The translations under genes and the position numbers were made by a program. The notes under the pieces are model-generated. The model made no database searches, was not told the DNA's origin, and saw only the letters and a list, made by a program, of their open reading frames with translations. Positions 33,101 to 47,400 of a stretch of DNA of 64,000 nucleotides are shown here, in pieces; position 1 is the stretch's first letter, and every line of letters starts with the position of its first letter. The stretch lies in NCBI RefSeq assembly GCF_002571385.2, contig NW_019217918.1:124817-188816 (forward strand), in the 5' to 3' direction. The stretch is from Stylophora pistillata (lineage: Eukaryota).

Positions 33101-36100
33101 ACAATAGCGAGCCACGTAAAAAGGCGGGAAGCTGAGGATCAGTTTGCACACTTCCATCTTATGTGGATAGGTTTCTGCGGAGATATAAAAATTCAAACGA
33201 TTATGGTTGTTCCTGAAGTATTTTATCTATCTTTGTACAAATTTGAATAAGGTCTCACTGTCGTAACCACTTGACGCATCCCGTTAAAAGGACACGAAGG
33301 AAAGATTCAGCGATTTTGGCCGTTGAAAAGATTGTGAAAAATCTGAAGAACTGGACAGAAAAATACATGCACTGGTCGCTCAAGGTTGTCTCTGAGATTT
33401 CACGAGCCTCACTCATTTCTTCAACGAATATTGGACTTTACGTCTTGTTGATAAATTTACATTTGAAAAAATGAGCAACCACAACTATCAAATGACACTT
33501 GCACTTTTTACTCAGTACTTCCAGTCGAATTAAGATAATATTTTCCTTGATGGATATTCATAAAACTTAGTTTTAATACTGTCATTTGAAACTGTTGTTC
33601 TTCCGTTGTAAGGGTATAGCTTATTTTCCTTAAAATTGGGCTCATGACGCATATTAAAATGTTTAAACTATTTTAATTGTGTTCGGAAATTGGTTTTTCC
33701 CACGAGAAGGAGATTTGGCAATTGATGTCTACCGGTACAGCAGTTCTAATGACGAGGGAAATCAATAGAGCACTTTTCACTGACACCAAAGACAGATCTA
33801 ACTTTTGTTTTTTCGGGTTTAAGCAACGATTTATTCTGTCTTGTTCTTCGTGGGTTTACATCAATTCTGGAGAAATTCTTTTGCAAATATAAAATTCTAG
33901 CCACGCAGGCGAATTGGCAACAATTCCATTCCGGGTACGTTGAAACAACCTTAAAGAGCTTATCTATTTCGTTCTAAACTGATTAATGAAGGTAGTCTAG
34001 ATATACAAGGCAAGTGAAAATATCAGGTCCCAGAATCTTATCTAGTGCTGGTATTAAAGTAATACACTTGGAAAATGGCAGCCATTAAATTCGGGACAGG
34101 TGTTAGTTAGTTGAATGAAAACCATAAATGAACATCTCCCTGATAGCACCTCAGCAAATAAACCTTATAATTGAAAATACAATTAGAAAGAACGAATTTT
34201 TCATCACTCTCTACCAAACATACAAATTAAAAACGCCAGTTTTAGAAAAATATCATGTGTACATAGATATATTGATTCTGAAGGTTAATGAAAATGAATT
34301 ATCAGACTCACAAGAGGCGGTTTGGTCCTCCAAGGAAAAAAATTCAACAGATTTTTTTTGAATTTTATGAAAACTCCTCGCCTCCTAGAAATATATATAT
34401 ATATATATTTCTTTTTTAGGCTTAAATATTCCACAGTTTAAAATTCTGACTCTCAAGTTGTTACGTTAATCTTTTCCTTCCCTTGGCAATGTCCCCGTTT
34501 AATTTTAAAAATTGTCATTGTGAGCACAAACATTTTAGCCTTTTTTAGATTATGCAGCAATTTTGGTCTGACTTACATTAGAATTTAAAATTTGGTGTAT
34601 TATATCTGGCTCTGGGTCAGTTTAGTTATCCTCAGAGATCCATGGAATTTTCAAAACCCTCTCGAAAATCACAGAAGAAACTTGCGTTGACCCAACTAAC
34701 TTGAACTTGCAGAACTAAACCAGTTTTTGCTTCTTCGCTCATTCGGTTTACCTAATTTTTAGTATATATCAATGTTTATTAACTTATTTTACACTCAAAC
34801 ATCTACACATCGACACAAGATATATTGTTACTCGAATACACATACAAAGCAAACTCAGACAAACGTGGCAAACTTTTAGAGATGACTCTCTCATTAAACA
34901 AGGTGCATCTTCATCTCTAACTCTGGAGATTATTTCTAGTTTCTGAAAGCTGGCAATTCGTTGAATTTGATAACTTGTTTGCTTGTCAGTTTTCTTAACA
35001 GACCTTACTTTGTTGCTTTTTATTGCGAACATAACTGCCCTGAGAACAAACAAAATAACCAAATCTTTGCATTTCAGTGTGTTGAAAACTATTTCCAAAA
35101 TGCTGTCATCGTTTTCATCTTTCCGACGTATAGGAAGGTCTTCCCTCAGTTTTGGAAGCCGTACTTTTTGCTCTTGCTTTCTACAAGAGTTGTGTGAGTC
35201 ACCACGAAGTGATCAGATAGAGAGCAGCATAGAATTACAAGAATTTTAACATATACGCTTAGCAGGTCATTTCTAGGGGACAATAAATAGCAAAAGATGA
35301 ATGGAAATGCTTAACTTCATATAAGCTCAGCTAACTTTATCATTGAAGTTTCTTAAGAAAATACACAGAACAAATTTAAAGTTACTAGGAATGAAAAAAA
35401 TTAGTTTCTATGGTGCCCTTGATGCTGATGCTGCCTCGTCAAAAGCTGTCAAGGAAGTCATGTTCAATTTTTCTAAGACATCTGTTGTTTCGTTTGGCTC
35501 ATGTAGTATTTTGTGGTACGTCTCTATGACTGTTGTCTTAATACTCTGCCAGTCACTCTACAGGAAGATATGAATAAAATTCGCGTTCGCTTAGAAAGAC
35601 CAAAAAACACTTGAACAGACCCAAAACATGTCATTGATGCTTTTGCATCTTACTTTCTGCGATGAAGAAAGTTCTACCTTAACTTCAAGCATTGTTGTCT
35701 TTTCGGAAATTATCGGAACTCTGCTACCCCCATAGAATTATCTCCCACGACCCACAAAAAAAAAGACTGAAAATATCATGATGCTGATCACACTTGTAAA
35801 GCGAGAAAATATTTTCCTTACCATTTATCGAAAGGAGATTTGAGTCAACTGTTTTACATTTCAGTATTTGTATACGAAAGGTTAACTCGACAGAAAACAA
35901 CTGAGTTTAAAGTACTTTATACTCTCGCACAAACGATTTATTTAGTTTTTTCATCTGTTCAGGTTACAGAGGATTTTTTCTTTGTACAGAGACTTCTACT
36001 ATGACTTATCCAAACCTCGCCAAAACTTTGCCGAGAAACTAAGGAATTTGCTTCGCAAAAAATATATTTCAAGAAAATGTGTTCTTGCTATGGTGAGAAA

Positions 36101-39100
36101 ATTTGATTTTTGTCGTCGTCCATGCATTTCAACAGTTACAGTATAATTGTAAACAAGGCGAGTCGATTTGGCTGGAATGGGTAAAAGCAAACGTTGATAA
36201 GGTTTTCTGGGAAGCTGTAGACTCAAAATCATAGCAAACAGTCAGAAAACCTGCAAAATTTTCTTGAGACTCTAGCTGTATGTCCCCAACAAATACTTAA
36301 GGTCGACACCGGTTATTAGCTTGAAAGAGGATAATCTTTCATTGATGCAATGTCCTAAGTCTTAATCAAACTAGGTTATTTCATCTCAGAAAGCTTACTC
36401 AAGGATTTTTCAGTTGAAAATCTTTGTTTTAGAGGCTCACTAGCTAAAGAAGCTTTCTTAAGCTTCAGGAAAACCTTCCAAAAACTTAAAAAACCGCCTA
36501 TATGATTTTATTTCGTTTTTTTCTAAGTGACGAATAGATCGATATCCTGCCGTAAGGATTGTAGTGTTCTGCATGATGCAATAAGATTCTTACTTCCAAA
36601 GATATGTTTCTACTTAATTATACATTCTCGGTTTTTTTCTATTCATTACCCATGACCTGATACAGCTCGGCAAAGCTCCTTAGGCTCTTAAAACCTGGAA
36701 TGAAATAAATGGATTGTATCACTTTAAATAAAATGAAGAGCAAGAAAGAAATAAGTGCCAGAGCAACACAAAAAGAATGAAAAGCATTTTCGTCTCGCAA
36801 GAAGATTACGGACCAATTTGGTCCGGCTCTTTCTTCGTGGACTGATTTTGGAGTTTCTCTCACCTCTGTAATATCTATGTTGCCAGGCAAGTTTTTATCC
36901 TTTTAAAACCTCTGCAAACACATGTTAAATGGACGATGAAGCTAAGCCAATTTTTCAAACATGCTATACCGCAAAAAATTGGATTTTTCTGGTGTTCTAA
37001 GACTTCTTGAAGTAAGATTTCAGAGTGGTTACTTAAAAGAATTACTCGCAGTTCTAAGGTGCAAAAATGGGCTATTTCAACTCAGGCGGAATTTACAACG
37101 AGCACAGCAATAACAGAGGGTTAGAAACATATCTTTTTAAATACACTAAGTAAACATGTCATCCTCGTGGGTAAGCCCTTCTTTTGGAAGACAAAAAATA
37201 TATTTGGTGACAAAAACTATTTCAAAGCTCAATTTTTGATCCTTTGAGAGAAACTGCTTGCAATTTATTGCTCTCGAAAATAAAACTTCCAGGAATACGT
37301 TTCAGTAAAAACGTTTTCGAGTGAAAAGGAAATTGCAATTTTACGGCGACAGCTGGCAAAACAATTTAATTCTTCCAAGACAGATCTTCCAAGATCATAA
37401 TGTTTTACAAAATTAAAACTCAAAAGTTTTCATCGTTAAGTCAACTTCACCCGAGGGGCAAGAATCGCATTACCCAATGCTGGATTATTTTCCATAAAAT
37501 TAAAAAAGGAAACTTTTCAACCCGACTTACAGAAATGTGAATTTCCATTCAAAAACTGCAACGCCCTAAATTGAAACTCATGTGCTCCTATGATTACCTT
37601 AGTATAATCTGCCCCCTAAAAGCCATCGACCAACGTTTTTAGTTTCAAAACATTTTTGCCAAAAGTTTTTCGAATTTATTCCAATTCTCTTTCTTGGTGA
37701 AGTTTGTTTGGTCTCATCTATAACGCTGTCATCGTTAGTAATTGTATTCATGTCTTCGGACTTGCCCAGTAATCAAACAGACATGTTCGCCATGTTTATT
37801 TGTTTGCTGTAAGTTCTGGCAGATAAATAATTACTGCTCTTCTCTAGGAGCCTGAAATGACGTTTTCAAAACATCGCTAAGAAAAATACTTCTAGGCTAG
37901 AAATGTAAGTTTTTTTGCGAGAGAAACAAATCTGGATTGGTGCTTGGCGAACAAATCATTCGGTCATCACAACTGGTACAAGAACATTAGTATTCAGTTA
38001 CGAATAAGTAGATTTTATGGCACATTCGACCATAACTTGTGTTAATGCTCTGAACTTTTCGAGATAACTTATGTTTAGTCTCACTGTGGTATGCCAGACG
38101 CCCTATTTTTAAGACAACATAATGAAGCTGCCGAGCTTTAACCTAGTAAAGACGAAAAATCAGCCTAGAGGCTGATTCTTATAAGCAATCAGTTGATGTA
38201 ACATGACAAATCCTGTTAGTAGCAAGACAAAACTGAAAATATTCTGGTATGAAAACACTTTCTAGAGAAACGGAGAGCCGGGCACTAAAATTATCTTTGC
38301 GAAGAAGACTAAACATTTACGGAAGGCCACATGTAGGTCGCTTTTGAATAACATTGAACCTAATTCGATTACTAGTTCTTTCATCGGTGTGAGAGGCTGC
38401 AAAACCCCATTTTCTCTAAAGCTCTAACTGAGGAATTTGGAGCCAAAGAAACATTTTTAATACACTTGAGTTAATAGGATTAAGCTCTACTAACTTTCGT
38501 AGCAAGCTTTGGACTGAACATGATAAAAATCGAGATACCGTTTGCCATACCTTGAAGTTCTTTTGTCCGCCTTCTGTCCACGTGCGCTACTAGAAACCAT
38601 TACTGAAGAATATCATTTTCAAAGCTTCTCAAGTTTTTCGTGGTGCATCAACGAGAATTCTATCTCATTCAGTCGCTAAACCACAAAGGAAAGCAAAAAC
38701 ATAATCAGTCTCTCTGTGGAGTGGCTAAAAAGACCTAGCTGGCGTTCACTTGGCTCTAGTTCTACTTCTAAGGGTTCAAAGCAGCAATTGAAACTAACTC
38801 GTAAAAAGCGAATCATACATCTTCTGATACCGTTTAGATTTCAAAACATCGACAGGGAGCTTGTTGACCAGTGACAGCCAAGTCTTAGCTTCTGGAGAAC
38901 ATTTATAGTAAAGTTTAACAGGGTTGTGTACTTAACAATATTTTCCCTAAGCCAGCAGTTAACTATATAACATGCAAATATTTAACTCATCAAGTTGAAT
39001 CACTGATTCGCAAAGTTTGTCCTGCTGTAAACTTTTATACTTGGTTAGAATTTTAAATGTTTTTCCCCTATTGAACCACTTATTGAAAACCGTTCGCCAG

Positions 39101-42100
39101 TAAACTACACCAGAAATATTCACTTGAGATATCGAGGTAAAAGAGGTCTTAATTTCAATAAAGCTCGACGCAACTTCACTGGATGTTCGCCATAGTTCGA
39201 GCATGTTATTTTGTGAAAGGGCAAAATTTGTCCATGTTTACGTTGGCGACGAGAAAATCCAGGGTATTGTTATCAGAAATATTTTGTGATAACTCAAGGA
39301 CCTTGCTGACAGCGGTAGAGTGTTTAATCCACCGCACCTCTCTCGCTTTCCCCTCCCCAACTAATGTCGCCATTTCCTCAGCTCGTTTTCGAAACTTCCT
39401 TCCTGAGGTCTAATCTCGTTGAATCGAAAAAGTCACTCACGAGTTCAAACAACACATGCTTTAGAAAAAGCTTTCAGTTTTCAGGCACGCCTATTATTTC
39501 AGGTTTGTAAGTTAAACACGCCTTTGACCTCAAAGAAAATATATTTTCAGGCGAAGGGAAGCCATAAGGTTTTTCTTTGGACAACTATGGGTGGTCGGCG
39601 TGTTTGCTCACTAAAACGATTGATAATCATTCACTCTCATTCTACTCGAGTCGGACGCGTGTCTCGAATATCGTTTAAGAAAATATCGACTGAGTTTCAA
39701 GTTTCTTTTATTGAGAAGGGTTTTGAATAAATACTACAAAGGCTTAAATTGCAGAACCGGATGAATTTACATTCAATCTCGGGGCTGACCTCAAAACATC
39801 TTGGTGCCATCTTCAGAAGTAATCTGTCTTAGTCTATCGTTGATGAAAGCAATCATCTTCTCATGTCAATTCCTCAGTTTGCACACAATTCGTGTTGTAA
39901 ATAAATTAGAGCAGGCACGGGCTTAGATAAGATCAAAAAGGAAATTTGGGTTGACTGCGTTCGAGTAACAACAGCCGAAGTACCTGCCCGCTTTTTGGGA
40001 GGCACGCGCTAGTCAGCTTTATCAGTGAGCAGCTTTGCAGATGTTCTCTCTGAATGCGATACTTTTATTTTTCTCTTAAGTGACTAAGGCAGATATTGAA
40101 TTATGACACAACTCTGAATGAGAACGCGGCCAGAATAAATTGCGCTCTTATCGGTTGAACCTTTTGGCAGAGACAAAACTCATGAAATTCAAGATGAACC
40201 ATAAAAAGCCACTTAACAAGCGAAAAGATTTTCCGCGTCCCGCTTCATTGTAAGGCTTAATTTTTGCATTTCTAGCCCAAATGAAAACTATTGAAAACCA
40301 CTTGTAAACTAAAGAAAGGGTAAAGTGAGTGAATTTAAAGAAATCTGGTCACGAAACCCTTAAATTAGTGAAGTAACCAGAAGCCCTGTTGGATCAGTTA
40401 TTATCCAACGTTAATAATAGAGCGAGTGCGTTTGACTCTTCGAATCTTCGTGTGCGATAGAGGAGCAATTTGTTACAAACTTTTGCTCTTTTCTTCACCT
40501 AGAATCACGTTCTTCATTGATTACAACTTAAGGAAAATTGCTTTATTCGCGTTTTCCAGGTTTAGCAAAGAAAACATAAACAAAGCTAGTCAATATAGTT
40601 TACTCCTACGTCTACCCCAATTTCCCCGGCCATCACAGCTTGCAAGGTTGATTGGACATGAAAAACATGGTATTCCTCCGTCTTCAAGCATGAAATATCT
40701 TGTCTAAGTTGTAAATGATCACTTCCATAACCCGTGTCCCCAAATACGAACAGAACAAAGGAACATTGTTTCCGAATAAACACTAAACCTTCGCTGCTAC
40801 CTGACATCTTCAAATTCGATTGAATTCCTTTAAAACTAAGAACAAAATGCCGCCAGTTCGAACCGGATTGTGTCATAGCTTGATTAAAAGATTTCGGAGC
40901 CTTTGATATTCCTCTGTGGGATAAATTGAATAAAATTAATCGCAAGGCTAAACTCTCTTCTAATTGTCTCTTATAGTAGGGTCCCTAACTCAAACGCCTT
41001 AGGCCAATTGTTATATATAATTCCACGTAAACCTTGATCTGTACACTTCAAAATCTTCTCGTTTCGTTTAGAAATGATGGCCGGTTAGAACAATCGTTCA
41101 GAAGCATCTTCCGGCTTTCCTAAATCGCTCATTTTGCCGACTTAAGGTGATAAACATATTAAACTTTTAATGATGCCATGATTTTCTTTTCTCGTTTTGT
41201 CTTCAACTGACACTGGCCATAAAACGACGCAGTTATATTCCTTTCAATATGATCTTGAGTAGCGAAACTGAATGCAGTATCTTTACCACACTGTTCCCGT
41301 TTGTAATAAGTTCAAGTGATAAACGTACCTTAACAGATGTGTGATATGTGGGAGCACTCCAGACGACTTAACCTAGAATTATAATCAGGCTATAGGCTAT
41401 AGGACGTTTATGTATCACTTCAGGGAGCAGCGTGCGGTGAACAACGCTCAGAGCACGGAGCTTCACGCCGTGTTCACGCGGAATTGACATTCATTCGCGG
41501 CGAACAACTGTCACCTCATTACGACTTGGTGTGCTAAGGCGAATCAGGAACAATTTGAATTCGAAAAATCCCTGTCCTGATGACCTTACGTCGTTTGTCA
41601 AACGCAAATTTTCCTTTAGTAAGTTTTAATCGGCTTACGTGACGAAATAGAGCTGCTTCGTGGACTGCACAAAGCGCTCACTTGGTAAGGAAACTACTCA
41701 AACAAAGTCCCTGAAATTGATGAAAAGTTTGCACTAGAGTAAGACATAAAATAGTGTCCGAAAGACAGGACAAAAGATAAATACGATAACCATGTCGTGA
41801 GTTACCAAAAACTGTGACCGAGGTGATCGCCGCCGATCGATCCGTTTCATTGCTCCAACGAGAGGCCCGCTTATTCCCACGGAAACTTCGCTTGAGTTAG
41901 TTTAGCGAAGATGTATGCGAATAAAAGCAAAATGTCTTTACCGTACCTTAAACAATCCCTCGTTGCTCAAACTTCAACCCTGGCTAGTATACACCAAAGC
42001 TTTAGACCTAACTTCCCATTCTATTCGTAGGAACAGAAGGTTTCGACAGCGGTCAACATCATCAGCGCCTTAGCTATCAATCGAATTCAATGTATTTTTT

Positions 42101-42957
42101 GAGCTAATAATGCATGCCTGACTGTGTATACAGGTTGGTGTTTAAACTAACAACCCAGTCGAGTTTGGGCAGTTAAGAACCCTTTCAAGAAATTTGATCT
42201 CCTGAAAGAGGACTTCTTCAAACACAAGTTCCAAAGTTTGCGAAAGATTGGCGTGTTGATTGTTCGAATCATTCAAGAACTAGTATGTTTAGAATGCTTT
42301 CCCGCTGATTTGAGGCAAGTTTGTGCTATGGTTCTCAATCTTTCATCACGTCATTCAGCGCTAAGACACTATAGGCTTTTTCTCCCAGCAAAGAAAAGCT
42401 GTTTTTAGATATTACTGTTGTTCAAAGAAACATCGACATGAGAAAAGGTTATTGGGCCGAAAATTAGAGAAAAGGATGGCAGATGATCCTAAGGAAAAAA
42501 CTCAAAGGGACCGCTAGCGACCGGCGAACTGTTTTAACATCTTTACTACACGTTCTATCCTGGAAAAAGTCTCTCAAATTCGATTACTGCGTGTAAAGTG
42601 GTTTTCACACATCGTAATGTTGCCGCCACAATTTTCTGTTTGCAGCCGGGCCACATGCTAGGGTACCCTTGCGGTGGGCGCGCAAGGATTATTCCTCACT
42701 TCGCGCGCGACACATGTCAAGGCTGATCGCCGCGCTCTAAATGTTATAACTCGGTTTGCCAAGTATTTGTCAAAACTGTTACGGGAAATGTCGAACCATT
42801 GATTACTTTTAATTAAAAAAGCTGGCATTTGGAAGGCTGTTAGCTTTCGCTGCCAGCCGATAAATAATTAATTTGACTTCGCTTCTCAACAACCTCAACT
42901 TACTGCAACGGCGACATAGAAAACAATAAAGACGTCAAGAAAACTCTTCGTTAAAAA

Positions 42958-42963
42958 TTTATT
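42958..42963 (-). promoter_or_regulatory. Candidate FoxA polyadenylation signal
   Basis: AATAAA on the minus strand ~640 nt after the stop codon. Confidence 0.4.
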
Positions 42964-43598
42964 TCGTTGAACCAACAACTGCTATTTGAGCAAGACTGTA
43001 AATTTACAAAACCTCTCCCTGCTTGTATAAATAATGGTAAACACAGTGTTAAATACACAGTAGACATACGAACGGCTAACCACAAGAGCAGTCTGTACCG
43101 AATAACTCGGTAGTTTGGAGAATTTCTGGCTAATCTTTGCCCCTGCAGCAAAAAAACACTAAACAATAACGTACTGAGTTTGCAACAAATGCTCTTAATT
43201 TTGAATTGCCCCAAACATAACTTAAACGATCACGTCTTCCGATTAATTCAGTTTCAAAATATTTTGATTTATACATTTACTTTCGTCAAAATACTCTATA
43301 ATCACAGTGAGTACGACGACTGAATGAAATGGTACAAGCTATATCACACTTCTTATAATATTCTTTAACTCTCATATAATTCTCCTATATTTGCGTTAAC
43401 GTTTGGGTCTTCTTTTGATAGTGAAAAACGCCTACTTGACATATAATCAACAAAATCACCTTCGAATTTAAGTATTAATTCGTATACACTGGCAAACTGT
43501 ATCATAGCAGATAACTCAATTTACAAGGCAGCTTCCCGAGCGCCTGGAATAGTACATAATTTAAGCGTCCAACATCCCGGAATAGTTTATGAATCAGT

Positions 43599-44486
43599 TT
43601 ATGAAATGTTTGAAAATCCTGCTATTCCCGCGCAACTGGAAGGTGTAAACACACAGCCTTGGTAATACGGACTGGGCTCAGTTGTTATAGGGTTAGTGTC
43701 GTAGGGTTTTGGTAGTCCTAGAGAAGACATGGATGAAGACATTCCTGCTGGGTGATACGGGCTAAAGTGCATTGGATCGAAGCCTCTGAGGTCGGCTTCG
43801 TGGTCGGAGGCGATGATGTTCTTGATGGCGAATGGATGATTAAATGATTTGTTCATAGACATTGACCCCATTGCTCCCATTCCCATAGCTCCCATGGCGC
43901 CCATTGCGCTCATTGCACTGTAAGGAGACGGTGCAAGAAAGCTGGGTGCTCCTAAACTCTTTGGTCCTTGGACTTTTTGATGATGCATCGAAGACACAAC
44001 CGGGCTCAACAACCCTGGCTTAGGGAGGTCATTCAGGCTTGGCTTTTTATCCGCCTTGAAGCGTTTTTGTCTGCGTAGATAGCAGCCGTTCTCGAACATG
44101 TTTCCACAGTCGGGATGCAGTGTCCAGTAGCTTCCTTTACCAGGCCTGTCCGGCGATCGAGGCACTTTCACGAAGCAGTCGTTGAAGGAGAGGCTGTGTC
44201 GTATGGAGTTCTGCCACCGCTGCTGGTTTTGTCTGTAAAACGGAAACAGATCCATGATAAACTGATAAATTTCGCTGAGCGTTAGCATCTTGTTCGGCGA
44301 TTGTTGGATGGCCATTGTTATCAGCGAAATGTAAGAGTAAGGTGGTTTAGCGTGAGTGTAACTTCGACGGTAAACTTTCTCTTTCGCCTGCTTGCTCTTG
44401 CTGTCGTCCAAAGGGTGGCCTTGTGCTTGCGGGTTTCCGACTCCCATAGCGGCTGCAGGATTGCCGGGATTCATTGCTTCCATCAT
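43599..44486 (-). CDS. FoxA: Forkhead box A transcription factor (HNF3/fork head), 295 aa, single coding exon
   Basis: [105 protein letters not shown] is a FoxA-class forkhead domain. Also an eh1-like [11 protein letters not shown] and a C-terminal YYQG motif. Confidence 0.98.
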   Translation of the reverse strand: MMEAMNPGNPAAAMGVGNPQAQGHPLDDSKSKQAKEKVYRRSYTHAKPPYSYISLITMAIQQSPNKMLTLSEIYQFIMDLFPFYRQNQQRWQNSIRHSLSFNDCFVKVPRSPDRPGKGSYWTLHPDCGNMFENGCYLRRQKRFKADKKPSLNDLPKPGLLSPVVSSMHHQKVQGPKSLGAPSFLAPSPYSAMSAMGAMGAMGMGAMGSMSMNKSFNHPFAIKNIIASDHEADLRGFDPMHFSPYHPAGMSSSMSSLGLPKPYDTNPITTEPSPYYQGCVFTPSSCAGIAGFSNIS

Positions 44487-47400
44487 GATGTAGCCTGTTC
44501 TCTATTTTATCAGCACGTCGACTGTGTTTAAAAAAAATTGTTTGATGACTGAACGTAGCTTTCGTACCGTCCTGTCACGTCCTTCTACCACGGAGACCAG
44601 CGTAGATTACTCTTTTTTCCTAGTAATAAGAAGTTTTATTTTTAGTGACAGTTCGTAAACAGGCTTAACGTGACATGTCTGTAAGCCCCTCCCAAGCTAT
44701 TGTTCCATGGGAAAGCCCTTTGGAGCCTTGCTACGTTTATTGACATAGGGGCCTTTGCGACCACCCGTGGGGAGACATTTTATTAAAAGTTGTGGGGTCC
44801 ATTATCGCTTGTCCATCACGAAGGCTTACAAACAAATTGCCGTTTCATAATTCATGAGCAAATACAATTATTTCGATAGGACACTTTATGGTTCGGTCCT
44901 ATCTCGTATCCTTAATGTCAACACTACACAAAGATCACCGTTCGCACAGGATAAACTAAACATTAATGGCAAAAGATCTAAAGGTGCTGATATCTTTGAA
45001 AGAACAGGAAGGAGGGTTAGATTGGAGCGGTAAAAGCCCTCCGTCATCACACAACACCTTAAAAGCTATGCAATTTAGCGTTTGAGTGCTCAAATTATTC
45101 ACGTCAAAAACTGACCGCACGAACAACCGGGGTCGCTTAACATTCTTGTAGAGCCTAGCTGTAACCTAGGTCCTGCCAGACTGCTATTGGCCTCCGCAAT
45201 TAGCATAACAACTGCAAACATAAATTCCACAAACAAAAGCAATTACCACTGGAAACTATCTTGGCGCAAAGCTTTTTTTTACTTCTTAGGCACCGGCCTT
45301 TTTAAATGTAAAGACTAAAAGCCTAGTGAGAGAAAGACCTTGCTCTCGGCTTTAAAGTGCAATTGCTCTAGAAACACCTGTTCTAGCATTATTGCGAGGA
45401 TATCTTTTGGTCGTTGTATCATCGATTTAAATTATTCTAAGCCTCTGGCTGCGTGCTTTGTTTCTAGTTTACTAGACTCATTAAGATCGGTCCGGGAGAA
45501 ACGCGAGCTAAATAACACACAAAAACACGGCTTTCATTTAATAACTTTTGCTAAACTGCTGTCAAACTCGAGCGATGGCTGAATTGTCTGAATCGATCAT
45601 TCACGGCTATTTCGCTAAGAAAGTCACATTGGTTTGTTCACAGCAAATATTTTTGCTAAGGGTATTCTTTATTTCTTTGCTTGTGACATTTGCACGCTCA
45701 AAAACGGAGCGATAAAATCTGTAAGTTTTTTTATGGCGCGTGGGACGAAAGAAATGTAGAATTTTTAGAATCCAATTTCTCATTTCCGGAAACTGAGGCA
45801 ATTAATTAACAAATTTGGGTTGCGTCAATCATTCCACAAAAGCCATTTCCAGGTGCCTTATCAGACAGCTGTAGATCTACAGTGATTATAATGGTAAGAA
45901 TTTCAAATGACCTTCATATTGCAAGCCGCCCATTTTGAATAGATGTGTCAAGCTTTCACAACTTCCAAATTTCACCCGGCAGGAGTGAAACTTGGCCAAA
46001 ACTTTCTCATAACTTAGAACTTGGCTTGCGACCGAGATTATCTTCATGAAATGAGCAATCGAACAAGATGAATTATTGACCGACCAACTTAACACTGCTA
46101 ACCCTTGCAAACAGACATTATTTGGTTGTTTCCGACCCTTAGTGTTTAAGGATCCTATTTCTAAATGTTTGCATGCTTGGTTCTCGATCAAAATGCGAGC
46201 ATTAAGGAACTTAAATTCAGGCAGAGAGACCTCACAACCTTTAGTTCTCTGAAGGCGTAGTTTCTATTATGCTCAATCCAACCTGTTTGCTTAGCGCCGG
46301 CAACACTATCTGTGCGTCGAAATGGCTTGTGTTGTATAGTGTTTGCCGCAATTTAGTTTTTATTACCCTATCTGGATGTGAAAAAGCGTCTTTGTTTTGT
46401 CTACAGAAGATTTACTAAGCGTTAATCGCGCCACGATGCAAGCAATAAACTTTGTTAGAGAGTGGAAACCGAATGTTGTCACTAAAGGATTATGAAAGAC
46501 TTTAGAATTGCAATTCCTTTAATACCAGGGAATCTAAAGGAAGCGTTAAACGCACTGTACTACTTAGTTATCTGGGCTTTTCAAACATCACGGAATCTCG
46601 TTTAATCGGCCCTGCTGTGAACTACCGCAATTTTTCCTATTAAGTAGAGCCGTTATTTAGGTCGAACCCTTAGAATGTAAAAGACACCTCAATTATGCAC
46701 GCTTTTCTTTGCAATCGGCTTTCTTTAGAAATTCTAAGTGATAGTTACAATCCTGACAATATGAAGAAATAAAAGGCGCCTAAGGTTTTAAAGACCTTTA
46801 TTGGTGATTAAGAAATTTTTATCATCCTTCTTTCCTTGACTAGTTTTGTCCCTACATTAGGAGGGAATCGAATTTTGTGGTTAAATTTAATTTAACTGAC
46901 ACACCTGTCGTGGAGAGCCGTATGTTATAACCTTGCTTATGTTGGTTTTGCGCTAATCTCACTAAACTCTTATTCTTCATTCAATAACTAAAGGAAGCAC
47001 TCGACAGCCGACTAGCCATTGATGTGCACCACTAATTGCAATCATTTCGCTCTCAATTGTCCAAGTTTTTTGCGGAGTGTTCATTAATTTTTGCGCCCTT
47101 CAATTTCAATACGTTTGTTTCGACGGAAAATATCATAGTCTTTCGCGTGGACTAATGTGAGCTATAGTGGTGCCTCTTAATAATTCTTACTTCTAATTTC
47201 CTGCGAGAGAAGATGCGACATTTCATTTTTCTAATAAGGAACAAAGCTGTCAATTTTGGAAAGTGTTCCTTCTGTTTTGAAAATGAGCTTAAATTTTAAT
47301 ATGTCTTGTGTTACTTTTCAAAGGTAAACAAACCACGTTTGCAGATCGATCATCCGCAGTGTTTTATTATTTTTATGCCAGTGAAAATTCTTTTTAGAGT

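Noticed and set aside
41577-41647. CTGATGA ... GAAA hammerhead-like pair
   Set aside because: Stem II cannot close (C opposite C), and stems I and III are absent.
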